NCBI GenBank assembly: GCA_001643675.2
Contig: LSRY02000034.1
Location: 992,001-1,056,000, forward strand
Direction: 5' to 3'
From: Monocercomonoides exilis PA203
Lineage: Eukaryota; Protista; Preaxostyla
DNA length: 64,000 nucleotides
The first letter of the stretch is position 1, and the number at the start of each line of letters is the position of its first letter. A program made the translations under genes and the position numbers. Positions 12,517 through 25,499 of the stretch are shown here, one piece after another. The notes under the pieces are model-generated. The model saw only the letters and a program-made list of their open reading frames with translations. It did not search any database and was not told the origin of the DNA.

Positions 12517-12951
12517 AACATCATCATGAACTGAATGAATGAACCATTTCTGTTCTTCGTTTTTTCAAAATCCCATTGAAATTGAAACCTTAATCAAAAC
12601 TCGAACGAAAGTTTAATTTCAAAAAGGATCAGCTATATGTTATTTTCATTATCTCGTTAATATTTGAAAAACTTTTCTTTTCTAAAAGATGTTGTGATAT
12701 GAATCATTATCAATGAAGTCAAAACATTTTTCGGTTTATTGATAATTGAAAGGATTTTTGCCTAAACGAAATTAATTTAGTTCAAATGATAAATGTATTG
12801 CAGTTGTTCGAAAGGTCGATGTTTGAGACGAAAGGAATCAAGAAATGAATCGTCAAGCAGTTTACGCTTTTCAGTGTTCATAAATCGATGTACAAAAAGA
12901 ATATCTTTGTCCATTTTTATTTCTATAAAAAAATATAATAAAATAATTTTT

Positions 12952-13226
12952 TAATGGGAAGAAATATTTCTTTTCAAGCATTTTCATGGAAAAATTATGC
13001 ACCTCTGAAGATCATAATATAATAAAAAATTTGAATTGAGTGGGTTCATTTTTTGAAATACAAATAAGGTCACGAAACTTATTGTTGCTATATCATTGAT
13101 ATATTTTTGCGTATACGAAAATCCAATTCGTTTTCAAATCAAAAAAATTTGTAAAAAAGCTTTGAATGAAACAATTTTTTCATTCTTTGTGCAATAAAAG
13201 CTTGATAGCTAGTATTTTCCCCGATA
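12952..13226. mobile_element. ~275-bp degenerate MITE-like repeat, copy 1
   Basis: Collinear similarity to 38885-39160 (e.g. GCATTTTCAT-GAAAAATTATGCAC, TGGGTTCATT, TGAAACAAT, TTGTGCAA). Ends approximate the inverted repeat GGGGAAAATA…TATTTTCCCC with TA nearby. Confidence 0.6.
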
Positions 13227-13662
13227 TGAGTTCAATCGAACAAGTGTGAAATGTTATGAAGCAGAAGAGGAAATAAAAATGTCGATGAAATCCGTCCTTA
13301 GAAGTTCAAGAAGAAAAGAGTTTTAAATAATGCTTATATTATGATAAAGATAACATGACCGAAGATCTTTCTTCAGAACAAAGCACAGGACAAAGAAAAA
13401 TTATCAGACAATATTTCTCAAAATTTGTTTATTTTTAGTTATTTAAGTGTGCATATTTTGAATTTTTCACAACAAAAATTTTGGAATTATTTAAAAAAGG
13501 AGTCAATAAACAAACGATACAATTAATGAAATAAAACAGACAACATTTTAAAATATCTCGCAGAATAATTAAAATAATCGATTAATGCCTAAATATTAGT
13601 TAGAAAAAAATTATAAACACTATCAGAGAGAAAATCAAAAAGACTGTGAAAAAAAAAGTATT

Positions 13663-16600
13663 TTATAGCAATGACCTTGTTCTTTCAGTCAGAAATCCTT
13701 CATTGTTTTGAGCCCATGGTAAGATTTGTCTCCAGATGAATTCAGACAGCGAAAGAGTTGAATGCAACGTAGCAGACGGAGCATGAGATGAAGAGGAGGA
13801 AGATGAAGAAAGAGAAGAAGAAAACTGAGAGCCAAACAACGGAACAATGCGATTATTGGAGACAACATACTTCAGCTGGTCAAAGTTCAACGATGGAATA
13901 GGATCAGGGAGAATAAAAAGCGGACAGTTTGAAATGGAACCACTCAAAGATGATGTGTCTGAAGAGGGTGAAGCAGAAGAAGCAGAAAGAGATAAATATG
14001 AAGACGACGATGGATTTGCAGAATTCATTTTATTCTTTTCTTTTATTCCTTCCTCACTTGTCCCATCCAATTTTTCCTCGCACTTTTCAGTCTCTCTTTT
14101 CTCCTCTTTCTCCTCTTTCTCCTCTTTCTCATTCTTCGCTTCTGACTGGAACGAATGAAACGGAATCAGTGGCCTTTCCCTCAGCATTGCCTGCGTCAGT
14201 GACGGGATCTCCTTCTCTCCCTCAGCAGCGATTGCATTCAGCCCCATCCACTCGCCGACTGTCGTGATGCTCCCGCTGCTGATGTCTTCTTCATAGAACA
14301 TGAACCACAGAAGCTCCGGCTTGCAGGCAGGGTTGCTGGGCGAAGGGGCAGAAGGCAGGCTGCTTGGCTGGCTGCTCTCTTGTTTGAGCGGAGATGTGCT
14401 GGAAGCAGAGGCTGGTGGGAAGGAAAAGAGCTGGGAAAGCACAGGAAGAAGGAGCTGCTCGACTCGAGAGGAGGAGGAAGGGGAAGAAGAAGAAGAAGAG
14501 AATGATGAAGATGAATTTGATTCTGATTTTTCAGTTTCTTCAGTTTTTCTATTTTGACACTTTTCTTCCTTTTCACTTCCGCTCAGCAACTTCAAGTCTT
14601 CTTTGCTTAGTAAAAGGGTTCCCTGATTGATGAAGAAAGGAGGAGGAGCATATGCTGAGTGATATGCAACCTGCAACGAAAGAAGATGAAGAGGAAGTGT
14701 TTTTGAGGAAGAAGAGGAAGATGATGCTGAAGAAGAAGAAGAAGAAGAAGATGATGATGATGATGAAGGAGAAGCAGAAGGTGAATTTTTAGCAGCTCCT
14801 CTGTTTCGGCCTGTTCTTCTTCGGCCACTTGATTCAACAGGCTTAGCCGTTTCTTGAGAAGAAGAAGAAGAAGAAGGCGAAGAAGCAGAAAGCGCATTTG
14901 AAGGAAGCTCATTGGAAGAAGAAGAAGAAGAAGAAGATGTGTTCTGGTTGAGATGCACAGGCATAACAAGAAAGAGAGAGTCAACTGCATTTGGATCAGA
15001 TTTGTATTCAGCACTACGCATCGAAGAAGAAGAAGAAGAAAAGGAGAAAGAAGAAGAAGAGGAAGATTCTGATGATGTGGAAGAAGAGGAAGAGGAAGAG
15101 GAAGAGGAAGATGATGAGGCAGATGATGTGCTATTTCCAGTGTTTGAATCTGCGTCTGAAGTTGAACGGGATGTTTGAGAAAGAGAATCAGGCAAAATGA
15201 ATTGATCGGATTCGTTTTTATTCCCTTCAGCTTCCTTTTGAGTGTTTTCTTCTTCTCCTCCTTCTTCTTCTTTTCCTTCTTTTTTTGAGTCGTTTTCTGT
15301 GTTGTTTTCTTCTTCTTTTTTATTTCCCTCTTCTTCCTCACATTCCTGTTGCTTCTCCTTCTTCTTCCTTTCTTCCTCCTCTTCTTCCTTTTTCTTCTTT
15401 TCTTCTTCTTTTTCTTCTTCTTTCCTCTTCCTCTCTTTTTCCTCCTCCTTCTCTTCTTCCTTTTCTTTTCTTCTTCTTCTTGCTTCTGTTCCCATCATCC
15501 CATTCCTCATCAGAAGCGGGCCGTCACTCACTCCAATGAAGCGGAATGCTACACAAGTCTTTTCATTCGATAGCGGTGAAGAAGAAGAAGAGGAAAAAGA
15601 AGAAGAAGAAGGAGAAGGAGAAGGAGAAGAAGAAGAAGAAGAAGAAGGAGAAGGAGAAGAAGAAGAAGAAGAAGAAGAAGAAGAAGAAGAAGAAGAAGAA
15701 GAAGGAGAAGGAGAAGAAGAAGAAGAAGAAGAAGAAGGAGGAGAAGAAGAAGAAGAAGATGATGATGATGAGGAGGAGGAGGATGATGATGACAATTGTG
15801 AAGTAACATTATGTTCTGAAGAAGCATCATGTGTGTTATTGTTCTTGTTTCTTGTTGCAAACCTGTTCCTCAGACGCCTTTCTGACCGGCTGCTGAGAAC
15901 AATATTTCTGCTCCACACAACTTTTCTTTGGTTGTTTTTCTTTCTGTTTGGCTTTTCTTCTTTGTTTTCTTCACTTTCTTTTCCTTCTTTTATATCTTCT
16001 TTTTCTTCTTCTTCATTTTCATCATCGTCACACAAAATGTCGTTCTTGCCGTCTTCGTGGAATTCCACCTCCAATCCAATCAACTCTTTATGCCACGCAC
16101 AATTTCCATCCAAATCACAGATGGGTTTTTTATCTTCTTCGTCTTCTTCATCTTCATCACCATCATCTTCTTCTTTTTTGACTTCTTTATCTTTTTCTTT
16201 TTCTTCTTCCTCTTCCTCTTCCTTGTCCTTTTTCTTTTCTTCTTTTTCTTTTTCTTTTTTTGCTCCTTCAACTGAGTCGTCTTTTAATTCACTTTCATCT
16301 TTCTGATCTTCTTCCTTTTTCTCCTCATTCTCACTTTTCCCTTCTTCACTCTCAATTCCTGATGCATTTTCCTCTTCTTTTGCTTCTTCTTCTTTTCCTT
16401 TTCCTTCCTTCTGCTCGTTTTCCTTTTTCTCTTCCTCTTCTTTGGCTTTATCTTCAATTTCCTTTTGCTCCCCTTTTTCTTGCTTTTGTTCTTCCTTTTC
16501 ATCATTTTTGCCATTTTCATTCGTTTTCTCCTTGTATTCATCTTCCTTCCTTTTTCTTTCTTTCTCTTCCTCCTCTTTTCTTTTTCTCTCCTCTTCCTCT

Positions 16601-17732
16601 TTCAAATACATTTCTCTTTCTTCCTTCCTTTTCCTCTTCTTCTCTTCTTTCTCTTTCTTCTTCTTCTCCAAATGCTCCGCCAGCATATGCTCTGTCCAAT
16701 GGCTCCCTTCTCCTGTCGTCCCTTTCACTATCTTCCGTATCTTGCATCCATTTATCGTCACCCCGCCCCACACCGCTTTGATCAGCACAAGCGCTTGCGA
16801 TATCTCGCCATACCCGAACATCGGTATCACAAAGGCAAAGGGCGAATTCAAAGTGGAAAAATTCTTTTGCGACGATGCACCGGAAGATGACGAATCAGAA
16901 TCGTTTCCAAGTGATAGAGTGGCTGGTCGAGTTGGATATACATCTAAGGAAGAAATGTAGCACTTTATTTGTCGCATAGCTGAAAGAGTTGATATGTTAT
17001 CCACTGTTTATTATAAAAACATGAAAATACACAGAAAATAAAAGAAAATAAAATGTCAAGCAAACGAGTCGGCAGAACGGCCATCGCAAAAGCCATAAAC
17101 CAGCTAAGTTCCGTGTTTGCAATTTTGATTTTGCTTAAAAAATCTGAAAACGGTTTATGTGCAAAGCCCATTAAAAAAGAAGCATTTTCATCTTTACCAT
17201 CCCACATAGCGATATTCCTTATTAGGGGAAGGAAAATGTATCTTTCTGAATTTGATAAAGGAGCGTTGAGGATTTCCTGCTTAGATTGAGGAATAAGCAT
17301 AATTTTCACTTCATTTGGTGTTTGCTTCGAAGAAAGCAAACCAGTACTTTCCAATCTTACAAATTCAAGATAAGGCTTAAGGCATAATTTCGGGTAAATA
17401 CTCATAAACTCCCCACTACAAGGACAAAGACATGGAGAAAGATCTATTGAAAATTTTCTCGATTTCTGCAGAAGAAGTGGATATAGTGGATGATTACTAT
17501 TATGTCGCGATACAATAGATGAAAATGGTGAGCTTTTTTGTTGTTTTCTTTGCTCTTCGATCCAATCATCAATATTTTCAATTGACAATGTAGTTGTTGA
17601 TTCTCCAATCAACAAAGTCTCTTCCAAGTGCAAAACACTGAGTCCAGATCGTGCACATGCTGCTGCAATGCAAGATTCCGCAAAGCCCGTTCCAATCACA
17701 ACTACATCAAAAAAAGAAGGTAGTTCTTCCAT
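13663..17732 (-). CDS. REP: Rab escort protein (REP/CHM, GDI superfamily) with large low-complexity inserts; exons 17732-17066 and 17003-13663 (~1335 aa)
   Basis: FDVVVIGTGFAESCIAAACARSGLSVLHLE, SRKFSIDLSP, YLEF and FVIPMFGYGEISQA…AVWGG motifs. Phase-1 GT-AG intron 17065-17004. Confidence 0.85.
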
Positions 17733-18023
17733 CCAATAAAAAAAGTCCTGGGAAGGATCTAATTGAATTTGATAAAATGAAATTAACAACAAGAATGGAT
17801 TTAAGACGACAACACAGCAAAAGATGAACATTTTAAATTCCAACAAAAACTCACCCATATTAATATTAACTATTAATTTTAAAGTCCTTTTTAAAAAGGA
17901 AATAATTCAAAATAACTTTAATAGCCTACAGAGCTGTAATCAAATATTTATTTTTGCGATTTTGGAATCAGAACAAGAATTAAATATTTTTTAAGGAGTC
18001 AAATTCTTGAGATTCATTGAATT

Positions 18024-21008
18024 ATGAATGAAGACACATTGACAGACAATAGTCAAAGTGAAAAGAATGGCAAAGGACCACGAAGGCTAAGAATTTCGAT
18101 GGCAAATCTTCCCGCTGCATGCACCGAAGGACAGGCTGACGAAATATCAAAAAGAAAAGGAACACCTGCTCATTTTGCCCACAAAGATATTGCATCAACA
18201 AAAGACGAAATGAAGCAAACACTTCCACAAATCTCATCCGAATTAAATCCGAATGCTTCATCCTCGCAATTGCCAGATACCATTGAAACAACTTTTGATG
18301 AACATGAACTGCATGCAATGATTGATACAGACTTAACGGCAGTGGCAACCGCTGCTCCAATGCAAGTAAATGAATATTCCCTGTTTCAAAAAAATGCAGA
18401 AGAGCCTCAAATGATATTTGAAGAAGCTTCTTTGCCAATTTCTTCTTTGAGTCTTCTCTTTAGTGGAGAATGGAAAAAAACAGGAAAAAGAGGAGATGTT
18501 TCACAACTTATGCTAAAATTGCAACCTTTGCTGAATTCAAATAAATTAGAAGAAAAACTTCAAGGTTTAAATCGCGTCATTATTATTCTTAGAGAAACAG
18601 AGGGAAGATGTGGGACAAAATCAATAAATGAAATGGTTTCCGTTCTATTCAAACTGTTTATTGATACATCTCATCAAGTGTTAAAGAAATGTGCCCAAAT
18701 CACTGGGCTTATTGCTGAAAGCTGCGGGAATGAGGCAGTTTTTTATGCTCCTTCGCTTGTACCAACACTGCTTGTGAATCTGATTAAAACTGAAGGAGAC
18801 ACAGAGCTTTTCGGGCAGATAGAAATCTCATTGGATAAATGGCGAGATTGTATTGGATACACAAAAATGTTGGAATTTCTACCGTATGTTTTGTCAGTAG
18901 ACGAGGAAATGCTTCGAAATGAGCCAGGGAAAATCAATTTGAGGCTTTTAAGTCTGGACAGATTATTCCGATGGATGATACGGTTTTTGCTCACAATTCA
19001 CATGAGCACATTTCGTATGGAGTCTGCTAGCGATAAAAGCAATTCAAAAGTCAACGAGGCTTCGGCGCAGCCTGCTGGCGCTTCTATTTCTGCTCAAAGC
19101 ACTGCTGTGAATGCATCAGGTATATCAGCTCAAAGCAACGGAGAAAACGAACGTAATGATGATGCAACTGTTATTTCAGGGCCTTCACCGTTTGACCAGA
19201 TGGACGAGAAAGAAAAAGCACTGTTTCAACGACAAATTTCGCTTTTTCTTGTTTTTCTCCTCAAACATTTACAAAAACAAAAGCAATTCATTTCTGCTAA
19301 CTTTTCAGGTGCTTCTGTTCCGAATGGACAGATTTCTTCTTCTTCTTCTTCTTCTTCGAATGCTTCGGAACAAATAACATTCCCGTCTCACGAATGCGAA
19401 GTGTTGATTGTCCAGCTGCTTCGTGAATGCGATTGGGAGTTTGTGAAAAACATGTTATTTTCTTCGCTTTCGCTAGAAGCAACTGAATCGATCATCGAAC
19501 TTCTTGTTCGCCCAACGCAAAATGCCTCTTCGCAAATACATTCTTCTCTATTTGCATTGGGCTTGGCTGACATGAGAGGAAAAGAAGCCAGCGAAAGAAG
19601 CACGATTGATGAAAACAATGAGAATGATTCCCAAACCGATTCGTTTGCTGTTAATACAGCATCTTCATTCGCATTCACCAAGGAGCGAACTTCTTCTCAG
19701 CCACTGATAATGGCAAGGAATCCATTTGAATCGCCTTTCTCCCACACTGATTCTTCTGTTATATCTTCTTCTGATTCTACAAGTCTGGCATTTTCATCTA
19801 ATCTCGTCAACTCAGTAAGGTCTCTCTTTTCATTCATTCAGCCATCGGCCATTTCTTTTTCTTCGATGCTTTCTGCCTCTTCTTCTCCGCCTTCTTCACT
19901 TACCATTGCACAGTTTGTAAATCAATACGAACAATTAACAAATTTTTACACTTCGTTTCTATCATTTTCAAACACTTCTGGCGCAAATGCAGTTTTCTCT
20001 TCAATTCCGATCATCTTTCCTTTTTTCCTTTCGCACTCAGCTTCTCTCATCTCCATGCTATTTGCTTCGTTTTCATCATTTCATTCAAATCCTTCTTTTG
20101 GCATGTCCCTCATAAACTTAACATTACTGTCTTTTTGTGCACTTCAGTCGCTGTTTCCTTCGAAGCAGTATTCTTCGGCTATTTCAGCAGAATACACTCT
20201 TTCATTGTGCTCTGTTCTTCTTTTCTCACTTTCTCATCCGCTTTCACCGCAGCTGTTTCAGCAGCCATTCAGCAATTTGGGGGAGAAGCTGAAAGAGCTG
20301 TTGGGAAATGTGATCAGAAATTGTGATTTGACATGTGTCATTTGCTCATTTTTGACACTTTTATATCAACAAGCTCTTCCAGCGACTTCTTCATTGAAAC
20401 CCTCTGCAAGTGGCTCTTCTTCTGTTCTTTCAACACCAATTTCACAGTTGACTTCTCTCATTTCACTGCTTCATCTTTCACTTCAGCAGACCTTTGCCTT
20501 TATACCTTCTTCGATCGATGCCATCTCCTTCCCTTTGCTAGTCCCAACAATCAGTTTGTTTCTCACGTCATCTCAGGAAGCAATCGACAAAGCAACTTCT
20601 GCTTTGCCTTCGTTCAGATTGGATGCAAACGATACAAAAAGCATACAACTTGTCAAAACGTTGCTGTTTCATGCGATTCGCTCATTTCATTTTGAGCCAT
20701 CTTCCTTAATTTGTTCCTCAGGTGCTTCTTTCTCTTCTTCTTACACTTCGTTCATTCATTCTCTTTCTCTTTGTCCACACACTCCAATTCCTTTGTATTC
20801 TCTCATCAGGGTTATAATTTTTTCGTTGCACGGGCAAACTATTTTTGGTTACACAGACTCTGAAATGAAAGTTTGCTGCAAAATAACCGATGTCGATATC
20901 CAAAGAATGAACGAATTGTGGAAAATGAAGCTTGAGATGATCCAAAATGGTTATGCTTCTTCTCTTGGAGATCCTTTCTTTGTAACGATGAACGACATTA
21001 TCTCATAA
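18024..21008 (+). CDS. TOG/HEAT-repeat protein, XMAP215/ch-TOG-like (994 aa)
   Basis: One N-terminal TOG-like HEAT array (DTSHQVLKKCAQITGLIAESCG…YAPSLVPTLL). C-terminal segment NCDLTCVICSFLTLL…IQLVKTLLFH resembles the ch-TOG/MOR1 C-terminal domain. Confidence 0.6.
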   Translation: MNEDTLTDNSQSEKNGKGPRRLRISMANLPAACTEGQADEISKRKGTPAHFAHKDIASTKDEMKQTLPQISSELNPNASSSQLPDTIETTFDEHELHAMIDTDLTAVATAAPMQVNEYSLFQKNAEEPQMIFEEASLPISSLSLLFSGEWKKTGKRGDVSQLMLKLQPLLNSNKLEEKLQGLNRVIIILRETEGRCGTKSINEMVSVLFKLFIDTSHQVLKKCAQITGLIAESCGNEAVFYAPSLVPTLLVNLIKTEGDTELFGQIEISLDKWRDCIGYTKMLEFLPYVLSVDEEMLRNEPGKINLRLLSLDRLFRWMIRFLLTIHMSTFRMESASDKSNSKVNEASAQPAGASISAQSTAVNASGISAQSNGENERNDDATVISGPSPFDQMDEKEKALFQRQISLFLVFLLKHLQKQKQFISANFSGASVPNGQISSSSSSSSNASEQITFPSHECEVLIVQLLRECDWEFVKNMLFSSLSLEATESIIELLVRPTQNASSQIHSSLFALGLADMRGKEASERSTIDENNENDSQTDSFAVNTASSFAFTKERTSSQPLIMARNPFESPFSHTDSSVISSSDSTSLAFSSNLVNSVRSLFSFIQPSAISFSSMLSASSSPPSSLTIAQFVNQYEQLTNFYTSFLSFSNTSGANAVFSSIPIIFPFFLSHSASLISMLFASFSSFHSNPSFGMSLINLTLLSFCALQSLFPSKQYSSAISAEYTLSLCSVLLFSLSHPLSPQLFQQPFSNLGEKLKELLGNVIRNCDLTCVICSFLTLLYQQALPATSSLKPSASGSSSVLSTPISQLTSLISLLHLSLQQTFAFIPSSIDAISFPLLVPTISLFLTSSQEAIDKATSALPSFRLDANDTKSIQLVKTLLFHAIRSFHFEPSSLICSSGASFSSSYTSFIHSLSLCPHTPIPLYSLIRVIIFSLHGQTIFGYTDSEMKVCCKITDVDIQRMNELWKMKLEMIQNGYASSLGDPFFVTMNDIIS

Positions 21009-21213
21009 TTAATAGAGACCTATTTTCAGTGCTTTATCACAACCAAACACTTTTTTAAGTTTTTTTAAAACTGTGAAAATTCAAAATTATTATTCTTCAG
21101 TTTGTTATTGAAAATGATATTTGTTTTTTATCATTTAAAAAAATACAAATGAAGTGGATGTGAAATGAATAGATGGGAAAAGTATTGAATTGAATAAAAT
21201 TTATTATGAATTA

Positions 21214-21840
21214 TCATTTTTTTTGGTTAATTGTGAGATGTATTTCATTGTCCTCATTTGACGAATCATCTTCGGGATGCATTGGCTGTTGAGAAGCTTC
21301 TCCTTGTTTATCTCGCTCTGATATAAGTTTTGAAAGTCCTTTCGCTTTTTCAATTCTTGCTTTCCTTGCCTTTCTCCTTGCAGCTCTTTTTTCCTGATCG
21401 AGTTTTCACAATTAATAAAAAGCAAAAAAACAAAACGTAAAATACCCTCTTTTCTTCGAGATCTTTTTTTATTGCATCTTTCTTTTGTTGCCACTCTTCA
21501 TCAAGTTTTTCCTTTTGAATTTAAAACAAAATTCAGATATCTTATATAACATCAAAATTCAAACTTTCTTTGCTTCTATTTCCATCTGCTTCAATCTAAA
21601 CATTTCCTTTCTTCTGAGATGGCGATAAATATGAAACTGTTCAGAACCTGCACCAGCTGACGAGCCTGGGACCCAATTAAGAAATTCAGGAGCATCACTT
21701 CCAAGAACCTGTGATGGTCTTGTTTTTGATGGGTTAAATTTATTTACTGGTTCATCGTCGTCATCGTAATCATCCGCACCATCATCATTTTCCTCTTCTT
21801 CAAGTTCTTTGTTGTAATTTGTCAAAATGGAAATATCCAT
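21214..21840 (-). CDS. PRKRIP1: PRKR-interacting protein 1 (DUF1168) homologue; exons 21840-21565, 21511-21446, 21393-21214
   Basis: Signature VPGSSAGAGSEQFHIYRHLRRKEMFRL, followed after splicing by a basic coiled coil (EKRAARRKARK). Confidence 0.88.
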
Positions 21841-22006
21841 GTTATTATTGTGGGTGTAAGTTCAAAAATAATATGAAAAATCATTGAGATATTTATTTGT
21901 TATCGACTCAGTTGTTTTGTTCAAAAGGAATTTCACAATTTTTTTCATAACATCTTTCCATTATTTTCTTTCATTTCATTTTTTATTTGTTTTTGCTTAT
22001 CGGTTC

Positions 22007-25000
22007 ATGTCCGTAAGACATAAAACTGATGAGGAAATTCTAGATGAGAAATGGAGAATGCTGCCTTACTTCTTGAAAATGAGAGGGTTGCTGAAGAATC
22101 ACATCGATTCATTCAATCATTTTTTAGATGTGGAGATAAAACAAATTATTGAAGCAAATAAAATTGTACGATGTGAAGACGATCCTTCATTTTGGCTCGA
22201 GTTTGCATTTTATAAAAACACATCACTTCTTAATTTCGTATTTTTCGTTTAACATAATTGTTTTCGTGCTAATTTCTTAATTCTAAAAATGCAGATATTT
22301 AGATGTTCATATTGGGAAACCTGCAATTAGTGAGGATCTTGTTCTTTCGGCAACAACACCACAGATGTGCCGTCTTCGTGACTTGACATATTCTGCTCCT
22401 GTTTATGTTGATGTTCGATATACAAAAGAAAAAACAACGATTGTCACTGCACATAAAAAACTTCTTTGCCATGTTCCAATTATGCTTCGAAGTAATTACT
22501 GTGTTCTTAATGGAAAAACTGAAGCGGAACTTGCACGACTTGGAGAATGCCCTTTGGATCCTGGAGGGTATTTTATTGTTAAAGGAACAGAAAAAGTTAT
22601 TCTTATTCAAGAACAACTTTCAAAAAACAGAGTCATCATTGATGAAAGCTCAAAAAGCGAAATATTTGGTACTGTGACGAGTTCAACAGCCGAAAGAAAA
22701 TCTCGAACAGATATCCTCACAAAGAAAGGAAAATACTATCTTCATCATTCTACTCTTTCTGAGGATATTCCAATTGGAATAGCACTGCGTGCAATGGGCG
22801 TAGAGAGCGATAGCGACATTGTGGCGATGGTCGGGTGCGAGCCAGTGTTTCGTGCAGGCATGACGGCTTCAATGGAAGAGGCTGCGCTTTTGTCACTTCG
22901 CACGCAAAAGCAGGCATTGGAATGGATAGGAAACAGGATTAAGCTCCAGCGGACATCTTCATTTCGAACGCGGGCGGACGAAGCAATGGAGTTACTGTCG
23001 TCTGTAGTCTTTCCTCACATCGCTTCACCACACTTCAACTTCAGAAATAAAGCTATCTTTGTCGCATCCATTGTGCGGAAGATTATCATCGCCTCGCACG
23101 ACAAGTCTGCCCTGGACGACAAAGATTACTACGGAAACAAGCGTCTGGAGCTGGCTGGGCAGCTTCTGTCGCTTCTGTTTGAAGATCGGTTCAAGTTTTT
23201 CAACGACGAGCTGAAGCGGGCCGTCGAGCAGAACTCAAAGAGAAGGTCTCGCGCGTACGAGTTCGACATCACAAAGTCCTTCCGCCCAGATCTGATCACA
23301 GGCGGCTTTGTGCTCGCGATTTCGACTGGGAACTGGACGCTGCGGCGTTTCCATATGGACCGGCAGGGCGTAACGCAGCCACTGGCTCGTTTGTCGTTCA
23401 TCAGCACGTACGGAATGATGACGCGTCTGTCTTCGCAGTTCGAGAAGTCGAGGAAAGTGTCTGGGCCTCGTTCACTGCAGCCCTCGCAGTTTGGGATGAT
23501 CTGCCCGTCAGACACGCCCGAAGGAGAAAGCTGTGGGCTGGTGAAGAACTTTGCGCTTCTGACGCACGTCACCACAGACGACGAGATGGGACCAATTGTG
23601 GAGGTGTGCTATTCACTGGGTGTGGAAGCTCTGGAGATGCTGCCGTCGTTTGAGCTGCACAGATACACGCACGTTGTGTTCAATGGTGTGGATATTGGCG
23701 TTCATCGCAATCCAAGGCAGCTTGTGAGGCAGTTGCGGCTTCTTCGAAGACAGGGCAAAATTGGCGAGTTTGTGTCTATTGTGCTTGAAAAAACGAAGAT
23801 CAAGAACGAAGTGACAATTGCGTCGGATAGCGGGCGTGTGTGCCGGCCGCTGATTATTGTGGAGAAAGGAAAAAGTGTGCTGACTGCTAAGCATATGAGA
23901 GAACTGTACTGTGGTGTGCGGACGTTTGCCGACTGTCTGCGGGAAGGGCTTTTGGAGTATGTGGATGTGAATGAAGAGAACGATTGCATGATTGCCCTGT
24001 CGCCGAAGGACATTACACCCGAGACGACACACCTCGAAGTGGACTGCATGTCAATTCTGGGTGTTGTGGCTGGACTGATCCCGTTTCCGCACCACAACCA
24101 GTCCCCACGTAACACCTACCAGTGCGCTATGGGGAAGCAGGCAATGGGCAGCATCGCCTTCAACCAGCACAAAAGAATAGACACGCTTTTCTATTCGCTT
24201 GTGTCCCCACAGCGTCCACTGACCAAGACAAGGGTGATTGACATGATTGGATACAACCAGCTGCCAGCTGGAATGAATGCAGTTGTGGGAGTTGTGAGGT
24301 TTGTTGTGATGACTTCTCCAAATGATAAGAATTGCGTCTTATCAATAATTATATTTTTAAAATCGATTTTTTCTAATTTTTTTATTTTTTTTTTTGTTTT
24401 ATTTTTTTATGTTTTAATTATTTTTTTAACCAATTTCCTCTTTTTTTTTTAATGATATTTATCTTTTATTTTATCAAGTTATTCTGGATACGATATTGAA
24501 GATGCCATCATCCTCAACAAATCCTCTCTTGACCGGGGCTTTGCGCGCTGTGTCGTTTCCCGAAAGGCCAGCACCACCATCCGTATTTATCCGAACCAGG
24601 TGTCTGACAGAATTGTCGCCCCTCTCCCGCAAACCACCCCGCCCAGCTCTTCCCGCTTTGCCCGCCACGACCGCTATGCAGCACTCGACCGCGATGGCAT
24701 TGCTGGGCCGGGGGAGAAGCTGGAGCCGGAAGACATCTGGTGCAACAAGTGGGTTCCGCTGAACACAACGCAACCAGTTGCAGATGTGCGCTCGCTAACG
24801 GCCGAGCACTTCACGACAGCGCCGGAGAAATACAGAGGAGCAATGAATGCAGTTGTGGACCAGGTGCTGATATCGTCGAGTGCTGACTCGCCCATCCTGA
24901 TTAAAGCGCTGATGCGGCAGGTGAGGCGACCAGAGGTGGGCGACAAGTTCTCATCGAGACATGGGCAGAAGGGAGTGTGTGGATTGATTGTGGAGCAGCA

Positions 25001-25466
25001 GGACATGCCGTTTACTGATCAGGTGTGTGTGTATGTGTGTGTGTATGTATGTGCGTGTGTGTGAAAGGTTGATTGAATTGTGATGAATGAGAATTTCGAT
25101 TCATTATTAATGCATAGATATTATTTTATAATGAAGATATTTATCATCTTCAAATAAACTTCTAATATGACTGTATTTAATTAATCATTGTTTATTCACC
25201 ACAATTTTTTTTTTATTCCTTCTTCTTTTCTTTCTGCAGGGTATATGCCCAGATCTGATTATGAATCCGCATGGGTACCCTTCGCGTATGACTGTGGCGA
25301 AGCTGAAGGAGCTTGTGACTGGAAAGGCGGCTGTGATGGAAGGGAGATTCAGAGACGCCACTGCATTCAAAGGAGATCCTGTTGAGGAAGTGTGCAAGTC
25401 GCTTGTGAAGCACGGGTTTAATTACGGGGGGAAGGACTTCTTGTACTCGGGTGTGCTTGATGATTC

Positions 25467-25499
<33 letters not shown>

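Noticed and set aside
13847-16960. Many overlapping ORFs antisense or out of frame to REP (likewise within XRN1 and RPC2)
   Set aside because: Shadow ORFs caused by stop-poor low-complexity or GC-rich coding sequence.
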